A stretch of 64,000 bases of DNA from an uncultured Chitinophagaceae bacterium (GCA_963845495.1 CAWJTH010000202.1:3239-67238); one strand, 5' to 3'. Shown: positions 18,822 through 28,428, counted from the stretch's first letter. The notes: generated from the letters alone by a model not told the origin. Numbers and translations are program-made.

Positions 18822-19880
18822 TTACCGATCCTGCATTTCCACATTTTCAAAATAAATTTTATAAAATTTTCGGCCGTCGCTTTCCACGCCTTGCTGAATC
18901 AATTCGCGGTTACCGTGAATGTAAACATGGAAGTTTTTATCCAATTTCAACACATTCTTAAACATTTTAGCTTGCTTTTTTACTGCTTGCCCATTAATTT
19001 CAAATTGGTCATCTAATTCAATTCCATTCTTTTCTCTATATTTTTCATCAAAATCTTGAAAAGATTCGATGAGATTGGCATGATGGAAAACTTCGTTCTC
19101 AAATTCTGATTTTTCGAATTGCTCGTGGGTTTTAAAATATTCGACAGAGCGGTTTAGCAAGTCAATCTGGTCGGTTTTGGTGAGGCTAAATTCTTCCGAA
19201 ACTTGTTGTGTTACAAAATTTTTGGTGATGGCCATCATATCTTTTGTAAAATGATAAGCATCGCTGCAAGGTTTTATTTGCAAGAACAATTCTTTCCAAT
19301 ATTGCGCTTCTTGTTGTTTGTTCGATTTGTCGATGACACAAACTTTATAGCCGTTTTCCTTGTCGGTGTTCAAAATAATGCATCCTTTATCTAACTTGTC
19401 GATGTTGATGCCGTCTTCAAATTTGATGGAAAATTCGCCCGACTCGTTACCTACTTTTAAAAAAGATTGCTTGTTTTCCGATTTAAAAATACCGATGGCA
19501 TCCATTGGTTGGTCATCAATACCCAAATTAGAAAAATAGGCTACAAATACATCGCCCGGTTTTATATTGGGATGAGTGGAAACTTCATATAAGTGTTTGG
19601 CAATATCAACCGAAGTTGGCTGCAACGTGTTATGATCCTCAAAAACCTGCGAAGCAAAATGAAAAAGCGGGTTCAAATTAAAATCGCCGTTGCTAAAAGT
19701 AAAATTGTAAAATTCTGCGGTGGCAAAAGGCGGAATAAAAAATTTAAATAGCAATTCTTTGGTATTATCTTCCTCAATATCCATCAAATTGGTAGAAAGG
19801 TATATTTCTTCGCCATTCGTTTTGTTGCCTACGTGATGCAGGGCAACCTGTTCTAATTTGGCCGCGGTAAAATCGAGCAT
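18822..19880 (-). CDS. nucleoid-associated protein (NdpA/YejK-like)
   Basis: 352 aa. The N-terminal L.QVALHHVGNK..GEEIYLS block and the overall size match the Bacteroidota NdpA-like family. Assignment is by recognition only. Confidence 0.75.
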   Translation of the reverse strand: MLDFTAAKLEQVALHHVGNKTNGEEIYLSTNLMDIEEDNTKELLFKFFIPPFATAEFYNFTFSNGDFNLNPLFHFASQVFEDHNTLQPTSVDIAKHLYEVSTHPNIKPGDVFVAYFSNLGIDDQPMDAIGIFKSENKQSFLKVGNESGEFSIKFEDGINIDKLDKGCIILNTDKENGYKVCVIDKSNKQQEAQYWKELFLQIKPCSDAYHFTKDMMAITKNFVTQQVSEEFSLTKTDQIDLLNRSVEYFKTHEQFEKSEFENEVFHHANLIESFQDFDEKYREKNGIELDDQFEINGQAVKKQAKMFKNVLKLDKNFHVYIHGNRELIQQGVESDGRKFYKIYFENVEMQDR

Positions 19881-19916
19881 GGTAAAAAGTTGGCGGCAAA
19901 AATATGAAGCTCGAAC

Positions 19917-20114
19917 GTGTCAGCCACCTTTGTATTTTGGGCGTCGGACACATGGCCTGTTTAGGGCGTGTTAGAAGCCCAGCAAAGATGGGAACGCGGA
20001 TGACACAGATTTGACGGAAAAGAATAGATTTAAAACCTTGCGGCTTTGAAAATAAGCTAGCCAATAATAAATCCGTGCAAATCCTTCTGATCCGTGTCAT
20101 CCGTGTTCCCATCC
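19917..20114. repeat. composite repeat, degenerate copy 2, same orientation as 18628-18821
   Basis: gtgtcagccacctttgtattttgggcgtcggacacatgg (19917-19955) matches copy 1 with substitutions. It is followed by gatgggaacgcggatgacacagat ... gatccgtgtcatccgtgttcccatcc imperfect palindrome arms. Track ORF 19774-20112 is a translation artefact of it. Confidence 0.75.
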
Positions 20115-20142
20115 AATCTTAGCCAAGTATCTTTGCCAGCTA

Positions 20143-21330
20143 ATGCGAAAAATCATTAACGATCCCGTTTATGGGTTTATTACCATCGATAAACCAATTA
20201 TCCAGCACGTGGTGGCGCACCCGTTTTACCAGCGGCTTCGCCGCATTCACCAAATGGCATTGGCAAGTATGGTTTATCCGGGTGCCGTACATACAAGGCT
20301 GCATCACAGTTTGGGTGCATACCATTTAATGTGTTTGGCATTAACAGAGCTAAAAAGAAAAGGTAACGATATAACCGAAGAAGAAGATACCGCCGCAAAA
20401 ATTGCCATCTTGCTGCACGATGCAGGCCACGGCCCATACAGCCATGCATTGGAAGGAACATTGTTGCAAAACGTTCATCATGAATCGATTAGCTTGCAAA
20501 TCATGCATCAGCTAAACCAAGAAATGGACGGTCAATTGCAAATGGCCATCGATATTTTTACAGATAACTATCCAAAAAAATATCTACATCAATTAATAAG
20601 TGGCCAATTGGATGTGGACCGTATGGATTATTTAACAAGAGACAGCTTTTTTACCGGCGTAAGCGAAGGCGTAATTGGTTACGACCGCATTATTAGCATG
20701 CTTACCGTGCACAATGGGCAATTAATGGTGGAAGAAAAAGCCATTTATTCCATCGAAAAGTTTTTGGTGGCACGTCGATTGATGTACTGGCAAGTGTACT
20801 TGCACAAAACGGTGCTGGTGGCAGAGCAAATGTTGGTGCGCACAATTAGGCGGGCTAAAGAAATAAATGCAGAGGCCCAAGGTTCTTTGGGTTATTTTTT
20901 ACAGCATGCCAATTTAGATTTGGCTTCGCCAGAATTGTTGCAGAAGTTTTGTCAATTAGATGATGTGGATGTGATGATGGCCATTAAAAATTGGCAACAC
21001 CACCCAGATATTGTACTCGCAACGCTTTGTAACGGGTTGTTAAACAGGAAGTTATTTAAAATAAAATTTTACAACGAGGCAGTAAATGCTGAATTGTTGG
21101 AACAAAGGAAAGAAGAATTGAAAGCCACTTATGGTTTGGATGATGAATCAGTAAATTATTTTGTATTTACCGGCGAAGTGAAAAACACTACTTACGACAG
21201 CACCGATGAACGCATCAATATTTTATTTAAGGATAAAACAGTGAAAGATATTTCTGAAGTGGACAATGCTTTGATTTTGAAAGGGCTAGCAGCCACAGCT
21301 AGGAAATTCTATATTTGCTCAATTAGATAA
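20143..21330 (+). CDS. HD domain phosphohydrolase (dNTP triphosphohydrolase-like)
   Basis: 395 aa. Motifs RLHHSLGAYHL, LLHDAGHGPYSH and DVDRMDYLTRD are the HD-superfamily SAMHD1/YdhJ-like motifs. Confidence 0.85.
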   Translation: MRKIINDPVYGFITIDKPIIQHVVAHPFYQRLRRIHQMALASMVYPGAVHTRLHHSLGAYHLMCLALTELKRKGNDITEEEDTAAKIAILLHDAGHGPYSHALEGTLLQNVHHESISLQIMHQLNQEMDGQLQMAIDIFTDNYPKKYLHQLISGQLDVDRMDYLTRDSFFTGVSEGVIGYDRIISMLTVHNGQLMVEEKAIYSIEKFLVARRLMYWQVYLHKTVLVAEQMLVRTIRRAKEINAEAQGSLGYFLQHANLDLASPELLQKFCQLDDVDVMMAIKNWQHHPDIVLATLCNGLLNRKLFKIKFYNEAVNAELLEQRKEELKATYGLDDESVNYFVFTGEVKNTTYDSTDERINILFKDKTVKDISEVDNALILKGLAATARKFYICSIR

Positions 21331-21336
21331 AAGCGG

Positions 21337-21420
21337 TGAGCTATTAGCTGTTAGCTTTGAGCTATCAAAATAGATAGTTTTATCAAGGCTCAAAGCTCAT
21401 AGCTCACAGCTCAAAGCTCA
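21337..21420. repeat. intergenic word hairpin (agctNNgagct words)
   Basis: gtgagctattagctgttagctttgagctatc (21337-21366) and ggctcaaagctcatagctcacagctcaaagctca (21387-21420) are imperfectly complementary. They occupy most of the HD-lpxD spacer, from 7 nt after the stop to 5 nt before the ATG. Confidence 0.75.
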
Positions 21421-21424
21421 ATTT

Positions 21425-22477
21425 ATGACATTCACCGCAGCACAAATAGCCATGATGATTGGCGGACAGGTAGAGGGAAATATGGACGCCGCTGTTGGCT
21501 CCTTTGGGAAGATTGAAGAGGCGCATGCTGGACAATTATCGTTTTTGGCTAACCCAAAATACGAAGAATTTTTATATACCACCAAGGCTAGCGTGGTAAT
21601 CGTTAACCAAAGTTTGGAACTAAAACAGATGGTGTCCACTTCCATCATAAGGGTGCCAGATGCTTATTCGGCTTTTGCCGCTTTGCTTGAAAAATACCAA
21701 CAGCTTCAAACACAACAACTTACGGGCATTGAGCAGCCTTCGCATATTGATACCAGTGCCAAACTAGGGGAAAATGTTTTTATTGGCGCATTTGCATATA
21801 TCAGTAAAAATGTAAGCATCGGCAATAATGTAAAAATTTTCCCACAGGTTTTTTTGGGTGAAAACGTGATGGTTGATGATGACTGTATTTTAATGCCTGG
21901 CGTAAAAGTTTACCACGATTGTGTTCTCGGTAAAAGCGTAACTATCCATTCTAACGCAGTAATTGGCAGCGATGGGTTTGGTTTTGCTCCGCAAACAGAC
22001 GGTAGCTATAAAAAAATTCCACAGATTGGAAATGTAATATTAGAAGATAATGTTGAAATTGGTAGCAATGCTTCCATCGACAGGGCTACAATGGGCAGCA
22101 CCATTATTAGAAGCGGTGCAAAAATTGATAATCTGGTGCAAATAGCCCATAATGTTGAAGTGGGCAGCCATACCGTTATTGCTGCGCAAGCCGGCATTAG
22201 TGGCAGCACAAAGGTTGGAAGTAATGCTATGATTGGCGGCCAAGCTGGCGTAGTTGGGCACCTAATAATTGCTGATGGCGCTAAAGTTGCAGCACAAAGT
22301 GGCGTATCTAAGTCAATAAAAGCCGGAAAAGCAGTAACTGGCTCGCCGGCTTATGATAATTTATTGGCACTTCGCAGCCAAGCAGCAACCCGCAGGTTAC
22401 CAGAACTGGAAAAGAAAGTGTTGGCTTTGGAAAAGATAATTGTAGAGTTGAAGGAAGCGTTCGTTGTTAAATCATAA
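21425..22477 (+). CDS. lpxD: UDP-3-O-acylglucosamine N-acyltransferase
   Basis: 350 aa. It has the N-terminal LpxD domain (L.FL.N.KY), long hexapeptide-repeat left-handed beta-helix repeats and a C-terminal helix. Confidence 0.9.
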   Translation: MTFTAAQIAMMIGGQVEGNMDAAVGSFGKIEEAHAGQLSFLANPKYEEFLYTTKASVVIVNQSLELKQMVSTSIIRVPDAYSAFAALLEKYQQLQTQQLTGIEQPSHIDTSAKLGENVFIGAFAYISKNVSIGNNVKIFPQVFLGENVMVDDDCILMPGVKVYHDCVLGKSVTIHSNAVIGSDGFGFAPQTDGSYKKIPQIGNVILEDNVEIGSNASIDRATMGSTIIRSGAKIDNLVQIAHNVEVGSHTVIAAQAGISGSTKVGSNAMIGGQAGVVGHLIIADGAKVAAQSGVSKSIKAGKAVTGSPAYDNLLALRSQAATRRLPELEKKVLALEKIIVELKEAFVVKS

Positions 22478-22820
22478 GCAATTTTCATTTGGTTGTAACA
22501 ATTGGAAAGCCAAAACCGCACAATTTTCCAAGCTTAAAAATTTTTTTAAAAAGAAATTATTTTTGCCAATAGAGCAAAAGCATGGGCCTTTGTGAGCCAT
22601 AATTAATGGTATTGTTAAGTGAATGATGCCGTGGAAAACCATTGTTCAACGGAGCTCCTCGATGCCTCAGGATAAACTTTGCCACAAATGCTCCTACATT
22701 GCTTCCAAAGCTGGTCACCAAAAAACCTTTTGTACCCATACTTTTGCAACAATAAACAATTAGAAATTTTTATCTAAGAATGGTGTAATTATTCACCATT
22801 CACTATTTACCATTCACGAT

Positions 22821-25800
22821 ATGGACTACGATTTCAGGAAAATTGAGCAGGCTTGGCAAGAAAAATGGAAGGCAACCCAAGCTTACAAAACCACCAACGA
22901 CACCACAAAACCAAAGTGTTATGTGCTGGATATGTTTCCTTACCCAAGTGGTGCGGGACTGCATGTGGGTCATCCGTTGGGCTACATTTCAAGCGATATT
23001 TATAGCCGATATAAAAGGCTGAAAGGTTTTAACGTGCTGCACCCCATGGGTTATGATGCTTTTGGTTTGCCGGCCGAACAATATGCCATTGAAAAAGGTG
23101 TGCATCCTGCCGTTTCAACCGAAGAAAATATTGCCAATTTCCGCAAGCAGTTAGACAATATTGGCTTCAGCTACGATTGGGACCGTGAAGTTCGTACCAG
23201 CGAAGCCAGCTATTATAAATGGACGCAATGGATTTTTCTGCAATTGTTCCATAGCTTTTTTAATCGTATCGATAACCGGGCCGAACATTTGTCGGTATTG
23301 ATCGAATCGTTTGAAAATGAAGGAAGTTTGGTACATGAGATTCCAAATACGAAATACGAAATACGAGAAACGGGCAAAAACTCTTTTACCGCCGAAGAAT
23401 GGAATGGCTTCGACGAAAAAACCAAACACGATATTTTAATGGAATACCGCCTGGCGTTTTGTGGCTATGGCGAAGTGAATTGGTGCGAAGCACTGGGCAC
23501 CGTTTTGGCCAACGACGAAGTGGTGAACGGCGTAAGCGAACGTGGCGGTTATCCGGTAGAAAAAAAACGCCTCCGCCAATGGTATTTGCGCATTACCGAA
23601 TATGCTGATCGCTTGCTGAAAGGTTTAGAAACCGTTGATTTTAGCGAGGCAATGAAAGAAATGCAAAGCAATTGGATCGGAAAAAGTTATGGGGCGGAAA
23701 TTGAGTTCAACCTCACCCCCGGCCCCTCTCCACAAGTGGCGAGGGGTGCCTCTGTGCAAGTGTCATCACAGTCGGAAAATCCGGGTTCAAAAAATTCAGT
23801 CGTTCCTAAGTATTCAATCGTATCTATTAAGCAGTTCGAGCTAGCAAGAGAAAATAGAAAAGGTCATACAGAGGCAGAAGCAATTTTATGGAAAGAATTA
23901 CGTGGAAATAACTTGGGTGAAAAATTTAGGCGCCAACACCCAATTGATGCCTATATCGTCGATTTTGTTTCTCTTCAAAACAAATTGATAATTGAAATTG
24001 ATGGCGGTTATCATGAAACGGAAGACCAAAAAATTTATGACGATGCCCGTAGCAGTGTGTTAAATCAAATTGGTTTTAAAGTAATCCGATTTACTAACGA
24101 AGAGGTGATCAATCACACAAAAGAAACAATAAAAAGAATAAAAGAAGCACTCGCGGAAGAACAGCAAGAAGCCACAAATATTCACGAACCCGCAATTGGC
24201 AAACAGTCAGCCAGCTTCACAGAGGCACCCCTCGCCACGAGTGGAGAGGGGACGGGGGTGAGGTCTTTAGTCGTTTACACAACCCGCCCCGACACCATTT
24301 TTGGTGTTGATTTTATGGTTATTGCGCCGGAACTGGATTGGATTCCAAGCATTGTTTCGGAAGCACAAAAAGAAGAAGTTGAAAATTATATTGCTTACGT
24401 AAAAAGCCGTAGCGAACGGGAGCGCCAAGCGGAGAAAAAGATAAGTGGTTGTTTTACAGGTGCTTATGCCATCAATCCGTTTAACGGAAAAGAAATTCCG
24501 ATTTGGATAAGCGAATATGTTTTAGCTGGTTATGGCACAGGTGCTATTATGGCCGTGCCTTGCGGCGATGACCGTGATTTTAAGTTTGCGCAGCATTTCA
24601 ATATTCCCATCACTAATATTTTGGGCGATGCGTTTAATGGAAATGAAGCTAATCCAACTAAAGATGCGAAGCTAACTAATAGTGGTTTTTTAGACGGCGT
24701 GGTAATGCGGGATGCCATCCAAATTGTAAATGCCAAGCTGGAAGAAATGGGCATTGGCAAGGCCAAAGTAAATTACCGGATGCGGGATGCGGCGTTTAGC
24801 AGGCAGCGCTATTGGGGCGAGCCATTCCCGATTGTTTGGAAAAACGGTATTGCTTATGCATTGGATGAAAGCGAATTGCCACTGGAACTGCCCAAAGTAG
24901 ATGGTTATGGCCCGGGACCAGATGGCGAAGGTCCGCTAGCAAATATTTTAGAATGGACGGCACAAAACTTGGAAACGAACACCATGCCTGGTTATGCCGG
25001 TTCATCGTGGTACTTTTTAAGGTATATGGATCCGCACAACGACCAAGTTTTTTGCGACCGCAAAGCCAGCGATTATTGGAACCAAGTAGATATTTACATC
25101 GGCGGCACCGAACATGCCGTTGGCCATTTATTGTATAGTCGCTTGTGGACCAAGGTTTTATACGATCTTGGGTTTATTGGTTTTGATGAACCGTTCAAGA
25201 AATTGGTGAACCAAGGGATGATTCAGGGAAGTTCGAGGTTTGTGTATAGAATTGTTGGAACCAATCAGTTTGTTTCCGCCGGCAAAAAAAATGAATACAA
25301 CGTAACCCCTTTGCACGTAGACGTGAATCTTGTTGATGGCTATGAACTTGATATTGAAGCATTTAAAAAATGGAAACCAGAATTTGCCGATGCTGAGTTT
25401 GTATTTGAAGACGGTACTCTTTCTTTTTCTTGCACTATTGGTACCGCAAAAGATATGAAATATATCTGCGGCTCTGAGGTTGAAAAAATGAGTAAAAGGT
25501 ATTACAACACTGTTAATCCTAACGATATATGTGAAAAATACGGTGCTGATACTTTCCGCATGTACGAAATGTTCTTGGGGCCGGTGGAAGCGTCTAAACC
25601 TTGGGAAACCAAAGGCATTGAAGGCGTTCATCGTTTTCTTAAAAAATTGTGGCGCTTATTTTTTACGGATACTACTTTTTCAAATGGAAAAGCAGTGCAA
25701 GGCAAACCAGTTTGGAACGACCAACCCGCTACACCGCAAGAATTGAAAGTGTTGCACAAAACTATCCGCAAAATTGATGATGACACGGAAAAATTCAGTT

Positions 25801-26195
25801 ACAATACAGCCGTAAGCGCTTTTATGGTTTGCGTAAACGAATTAACGGATTTGAAATGCAATAAAAAATCGGTGTTGGAACAATTGCTGGTGTTATTGTC
25901 GCCTTATGCGCCGCATGTAACGGAAGAATTATGGCATCAGTTGGGCAACACAACCAGTATTTTAGATGCAGCTTATCCGGTGTTCGAACAAAAATATGTG
26001 GTGGAGTCGTCCAAAGAATATCCAGTTAGCATCAATGGTAAATTAAGAACCACTATGGATTTTGCCCTTGATGCAATGGAGGCGGATGTAAAAAGCGAAG
26101 TATTGACCAACGAAATTGTGCAAAAATGGTTGGAAGGCAAAGAGCCGAAGAAAATTGTTTTTGTAAAAGGAAAAATGATAAATGTGGTGGTGTAA
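22821..26195 (+). CDS. leuS: leucine--tRNA ligase carrying a 185-codon in-frame insertion
   Basis: 1124 aa. Motifs: HVGHPLGY (HIGH), NWIGKS, TTRPDTIFG (editing-site Thr-rich motif), KMSKRYYN (KMSKS). Residues about 297-482 have no counterpart in LeuRS and form the cassette listed separately. Confidence 0.95.
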   Translation: MDYDFRKIEQAWQEKWKATQAYKTTNDTTKPKCYVLDMFPYPSGAGLHVGHPLGYISSDIYSRYKRLKGFNVLHPMGYDAFGLPAEQYAIEKGVHPAVSTEENIANFRKQLDNIGFSYDWDREVRTSEASYYKWTQWIFLQLFHSFFNRIDNRAEHLSVLIESFENEGSLVHEIPNTKYEIRETGKNSFTAEEWNGFDEKTKHDILMEYRLAFCGYGEVNWCEALGTVLANDEVVNGVSERGGYPVEKKRLRQWYLRITEYADRLLKGLETVDFSEAMKEMQSNWIGKSYGAEIEFNLTPGPSPQVARGASVQVSSQSENPGSKNSVVPKYSIVSIKQFELARENRKGHTEAEAILWKELRGNNLGEKFRRQHPIDAYIVDFVSLQNKLIIEIDGGYHETEDQKIYDDARSSVLNQIGFKVIRFTNEEVINHTKETIKRIKEALAEEQQEATNIHEPAIGKQSASFTEAPLATSGEGTGVRSLVVYTTRPDTIFGVDFMVIAPELDWIPSIVSEAQKEEVENYIAYVKSRSERERQAEKKISGCFTGAYAINPFNGKEIPIWISEYVLAGYGTGAIMAVPCGDDRDFKFAQHFNIPITNILGDAFNGNEANPTKDAKLTNSGFLDGVVMRDAIQIVNAKLEEMGIGKAKVNYRMRDAAFSRQRYWGEPFPIVWKNGIAYALDESELPLELPKVDGYGPGPDGEGPLANILEWTAQNLETNTMPGYAGSSWYFLRYMDPHNDQVFCDRKASDYWNQVDIYIGGTEHAVGHLLYSRLWTKVLYDLGFIGFDEPFKKLVNQGMIQGSSRFVYRIVGTNQFVSAGKKNEYNVTPLHVDVNLVDGYELDIEAFKKWKPEFADAEFVFEDGTLSFSCTIGTAKDMKYICGSEVEKMSKRYYNTVNPNDICEKYGADTFRMYEMFLGPVEASKPWETKGIEGVHRFLKKLWRLFFTDTTFSNGKAVQGKPVWNDQPATPQELKVLHKTIRKIDDDTEKFSYNTAVSAFMVCVNELTDLKCNKKSVLEQLLVLLSPYAPHVTEELWHQLGNTTSILDAAYPVFEQKYVVESSKEYPVSINGKLRTTMDFALDAMEADVKSEVLTNEIVQKWLEGKEPKKIVFVKGKMINVVV
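23710..24264 (+). mobile_element. 555-bp in-frame cassette: DUF559 (Vsr-like) endonuclease domain flanked by hairpin-forming terminal inverted repeats
   Basis: Left arm acctcacccccggcccctctccacaagtggcgaggggtgcctctg (23710-23754). Right arm cagaggcacccctcgccacgagtggagaggggacgggggtgaggt (24220-24264) is its reverse complement with 3 differences. The core encodes ARENRKGHTEAEAILWKELRGNNLGEKFRRQHPIDAYIVDFVSLQNKLIIEIDGGYHETEDQKIYDDARSSVLNQIGFKVIRFTNEEV, a DUF559 signature. There is no stop and no ATG codon inside. Confidence 0.8.
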
Positions 26196-26371
26196 AAAAT
26201 AAGAACGTGGACAATTCCATAGAAATAAATATTTACAAAGAAGCAAGTTTTTCTAAAAAGGAAGAGCCATTTGCAATACTGTGTGAAGGAAACTTAAGAA
26301 AAGAAATGGTTGTCACAAGAAGATGATATTTGGGACGAATGGGTTATTGAGCAAATGAAAACGAAAAATCT

Positions 26372-27238
26372 ATGACTGAACAAGATTTCAACCAACATCT
26401 GCAACACCTTGTAAATGAGGCGCTAAGGGAGGATATCGGTGATGGTGATCATAGCACATTGAGCTGCATTCCGTCAGGCAAAATGGGGAAAGCCGTATTG
26501 AAAATTAAACAAGACGGCTTGCTGGCAGGCGTGCAAGCAGCGTACCAAATATTCCATTTGGTTGAGCCATCCGCAAAAATGACCATCTACAAAAATGATG
26601 GCGAAGCCATGGTTTTTGGTGAAGTAGCTTTTGATGTAGAAGCATCCATTCAAACAATTTTATCATGCGAAAGATTGGTTTTAAACACTATGCAACGCAT
26701 GAGTGGCATTGCAACGCTTACCAAAACGTATGTTGATAAACTAGCTGGCTATCATACTAAAATTTTGGATACCCGTAAAACCACCCCCAATTTTAGGCTG
26801 CTGGAAAAAGCAGCGGTTAAAATTGGCGGCGCAGTCAATCACCGTTTTGCATTGTATGATATGATTATGTTGAAAGATAATCACATTGACTATTGTGGCG
26901 GCATTGAGCCAGCCATTGAAAAAGCATGGCAATACGTGCAGGAGAAAAAGCCAGGACTAAAAATTGAGGTGGAAACCAGAAATTTGGCAGATGTAAGAAA
27001 GGTGATAAATGTTGGCAAAGGCAAAGTATTTCGTATTATGTTGGATAATTTTACGCCAGCACAATTAAAAGAAGCATTACAACTAGTTGATAATCAATTT
27101 GAAACAGAAGCAAGTGGGGGAATTAACCTCTATACGATCCAAAGCTTTGCTGAAACAGGCGTAGATTATGTAAGCGTGGGTGCGCTTATCCATCAAGCAA
27201 AAAGCTTAGATTTAAGTTTGAAGGCGGTGATTTTGTGA
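26372..27238 (+). CDS. nadC: nicotinate-nucleotide diphosphorylase (carboxylating)
   Basis: 288 aa. The blocks DTRKTTPNFRLLEKAAVKIGG..NHRF.LYD and MLDNF are QPRTase motifs. Confidence 0.92.
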   Translation: MTEQDFNQHLQHLVNEALREDIGDGDHSTLSCIPSGKMGKAVLKIKQDGLLAGVQAAYQIFHLVEPSAKMTIYKNDGEAMVFGEVAFDVEASIQTILSCERLVLNTMQRMSGIATLTKTYVDKLAGYHTKILDTRKTTPNFRLLEKAAVKIGGAVNHRFALYDMIMLKDNHIDYCGGIEPAIEKAWQYVQEKKPGLKIEVETRNLADVRKVINVGKGKVFRIMLDNFTPAQLKEALQLVDNQFETEASGGINLYTIQSFAETGVDYVSVGALIHQAKSLDLSLKAVIL

Positions 27239-27343
27239 TAAATTACAGACCTCAAATAACGGACGACAGAAGCGCAGTTCAAAAGCAAGTAAAAGCAACT
27301 TTATTTTTTTTATCTAACTACTAATATCTAAGTACTATTGGTT

Positions 27344-27688
27344 ATGGCTAAAAATAAGAATATTGGTTTGGGTGGTTTGGTTTATAGCACCGACCCAAAT
27401 TTCAAAATAGAATCGGACGAGACGCCACAGGAAACGCTTGCACCTGCCCAACAAATTTTAAGAATCAAACTAGAAACCAAGCACCGTGCGGGTAAAACCG
27501 TTACTGCTATTTATGGTTTTGTAGGAACCGAGGAGGATTTGGAAAAACTAGGCAAACAATTAAAAAACCATTGTGGAACCGGCGGTAGCGCAAAAGACAG
27601 AGAAATAATCGTTCAAGGCGACCATCGGGAAAAGGTATTGCAATGGCTTATAAAAAATGGTTTTTCTAAAACCAAAAGAATGGGCTAA
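27344..27688 (+). CDS. yciH: translation initiation factor SUI1/YciH family
   Basis: ATG at 27344 (MAKNKNIGLGGLVYSTD). The LRIKLETKHRAGKTVT.I.GF ... LKNHCGTGGSAKD...IVQGDHREKV pattern is SUI1-like. Confidence 0.85.
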   Translation: MAKNKNIGLGGLVYSTDPNFKIESDETPQETLAPAQQILRIKLETKHRAGKTVTAIYGFVGTEEDLEKLGKQLKNHCGTGGSAKDREIIVQGDHREKVLQWLIKNGFSKTKRMG

Positions 27689-27699
27689 TATGCATAATC

Positions 27700-27921
27700 A
27701 TGCTGCATACGCAAGCTTTTTATACTTTTTTATCTTTTATGCTAGCTCCGTCTGCGGCCGCAACCGGTTACGGCTTTTTTACTTGGTACCAAGCTGAACA
27801 AAATGGCGATGAACGGGCCATTCGCCGGGGAAAATTTTTAGTAATGTTCGGTTTTATTGGCTTAGCCATTTTTGGCATCGTTACTTATTTCACTTATTTA
27901 TTTATTACTCATTCATTTTAA
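27700..27921 (+). CDS. small two-TM membrane protein, unknown function
   Basis: 73-aa ORF with two hydrophobic helices separated by a basic loop. It is followed 3 nt later by a similar ORF and then a terminator. Confidence 0.45.
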   Translation: MLHTQAFYTFLSFMLAPSAAATGYGFFTWYQAEQNGDERAIRRGKFLVMFGFIGLAIFGIVTYFTYLFITHSF

Positions 27922-27924
27922 TAT

Positions 27925-28125
27925 ATGTTTGGATTGTTTCTTATTATTTGGGTGCCTATTCTTTTAGGCATTATCGTTTTCATCCCATCTTTTATTAAAT
28001 GGCAGCGGGGTCGTGCAGAAAAAGACCAACTTTCTATGCAAACAGGGCGTACTTTATCGCTTATCAGCTTCACCGTTGTAGTTGTACTCCTAATAATTTG
28101 GTGGGCAATATCAAACCCAACCTAA
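27925..28125 (+). CDS. small two-TM membrane protein, unknown function
   Basis: 66-aa ORF with the same TM, basic loop (KWQRGRAEKD), TM layout as the preceding ORF. Confidence 0.45.
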   Translation: MFGLFLIIWVPILLGIIVFIPSFIKWQRGRAEKDQLSMQTGRTLSLISFTVVVVLLIIWWAISNPT

Positions 28126-28133
28126 ATAAAACA

Positions 28134-28159
28134 AAAGATCCTGCAAGCGCAGGATCTTT
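28134..28159 (+). terminator. stem-loop terminator candidate
   Basis: aaagatcctgc aagc gcaggatcttt is an 11-bp perfect stem with a 4-nt loop, 9 nt after the stop at 28125. The T-tail is short. Confidence 0.6.
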
Positions 28160-28412
28160 GGGAGTTTCTCATAGAATAAATAAGTTTCGGCCGTTTATTA
28201 TTTAAAACTTGCTGCTTTACAAAAGCTAATGCAAGTATATTTTTGCTTTGTTTTAACAAAAGTAGAAATATTTCTGTAATAATAATTTTGTTACGTTAAA
28301 ACGGATTACTATTTAGTACCTAATCTAAAAAAAAATTTATATCTCCTAAAACTGAAAAATCATAGGTTATTAAATATCAATGTATTACAAAATATTTGTT
28401 GAAGTAATTACA

Positions 28413-28428
28413 ACGCAATCGATTGCGT
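28413..28428. promoter_or_regulatory. 16-bp perfect palindrome acgcaatcgattgcgt, candidate operator
   Basis: Exact dyad symmetry in the 670-bp AT-rich spacer upstream of rny. No function can be assigned from sequence. Confidence 0.3.

Noticed and set aside
22557-22739. 60-aa minus-strand ORF in the lpxD-leuS spacer
   Set aside because: I recognise no family and there is no terminator. A plus-strand TAnnTTTG-like box (22739-22746) for leuS overlaps its start. It may be real, but I cannot support it.
23710-24264. The leuS insertion as an intein
   Set aside because: The N-junction residue is not Cys/Ser/Thr (it reads N|LTPGP). There is no His-Asn followed by Cys/Ser/Thr at the C-junction (it reads GVRS|LVV). 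No Hint-domain blocks are recognisable. The nuclease is DUF559/Vsr-like rather than LAGLIDADG/HNH, and the segment is bounded by DNA inverted repeats, which inteins lack.
23710-24264. The leuS insertion as a group I or group II intron
   Set aside because: The host frame stays open through all 185 codons with no stop, and I see no intron-like conserved structure or reverse transcriptase/maturase. RNA-level removal cannot be excluded from sequence alone, so it remains only an untested alternative within the finding.
26126-26326. 66-aa ORF overlapping the leuS end, and the ORF at 28653-28865 overlapping the rny start
   Set aside because: Both overlap well-supported genes out of frame and have no recognisable features.
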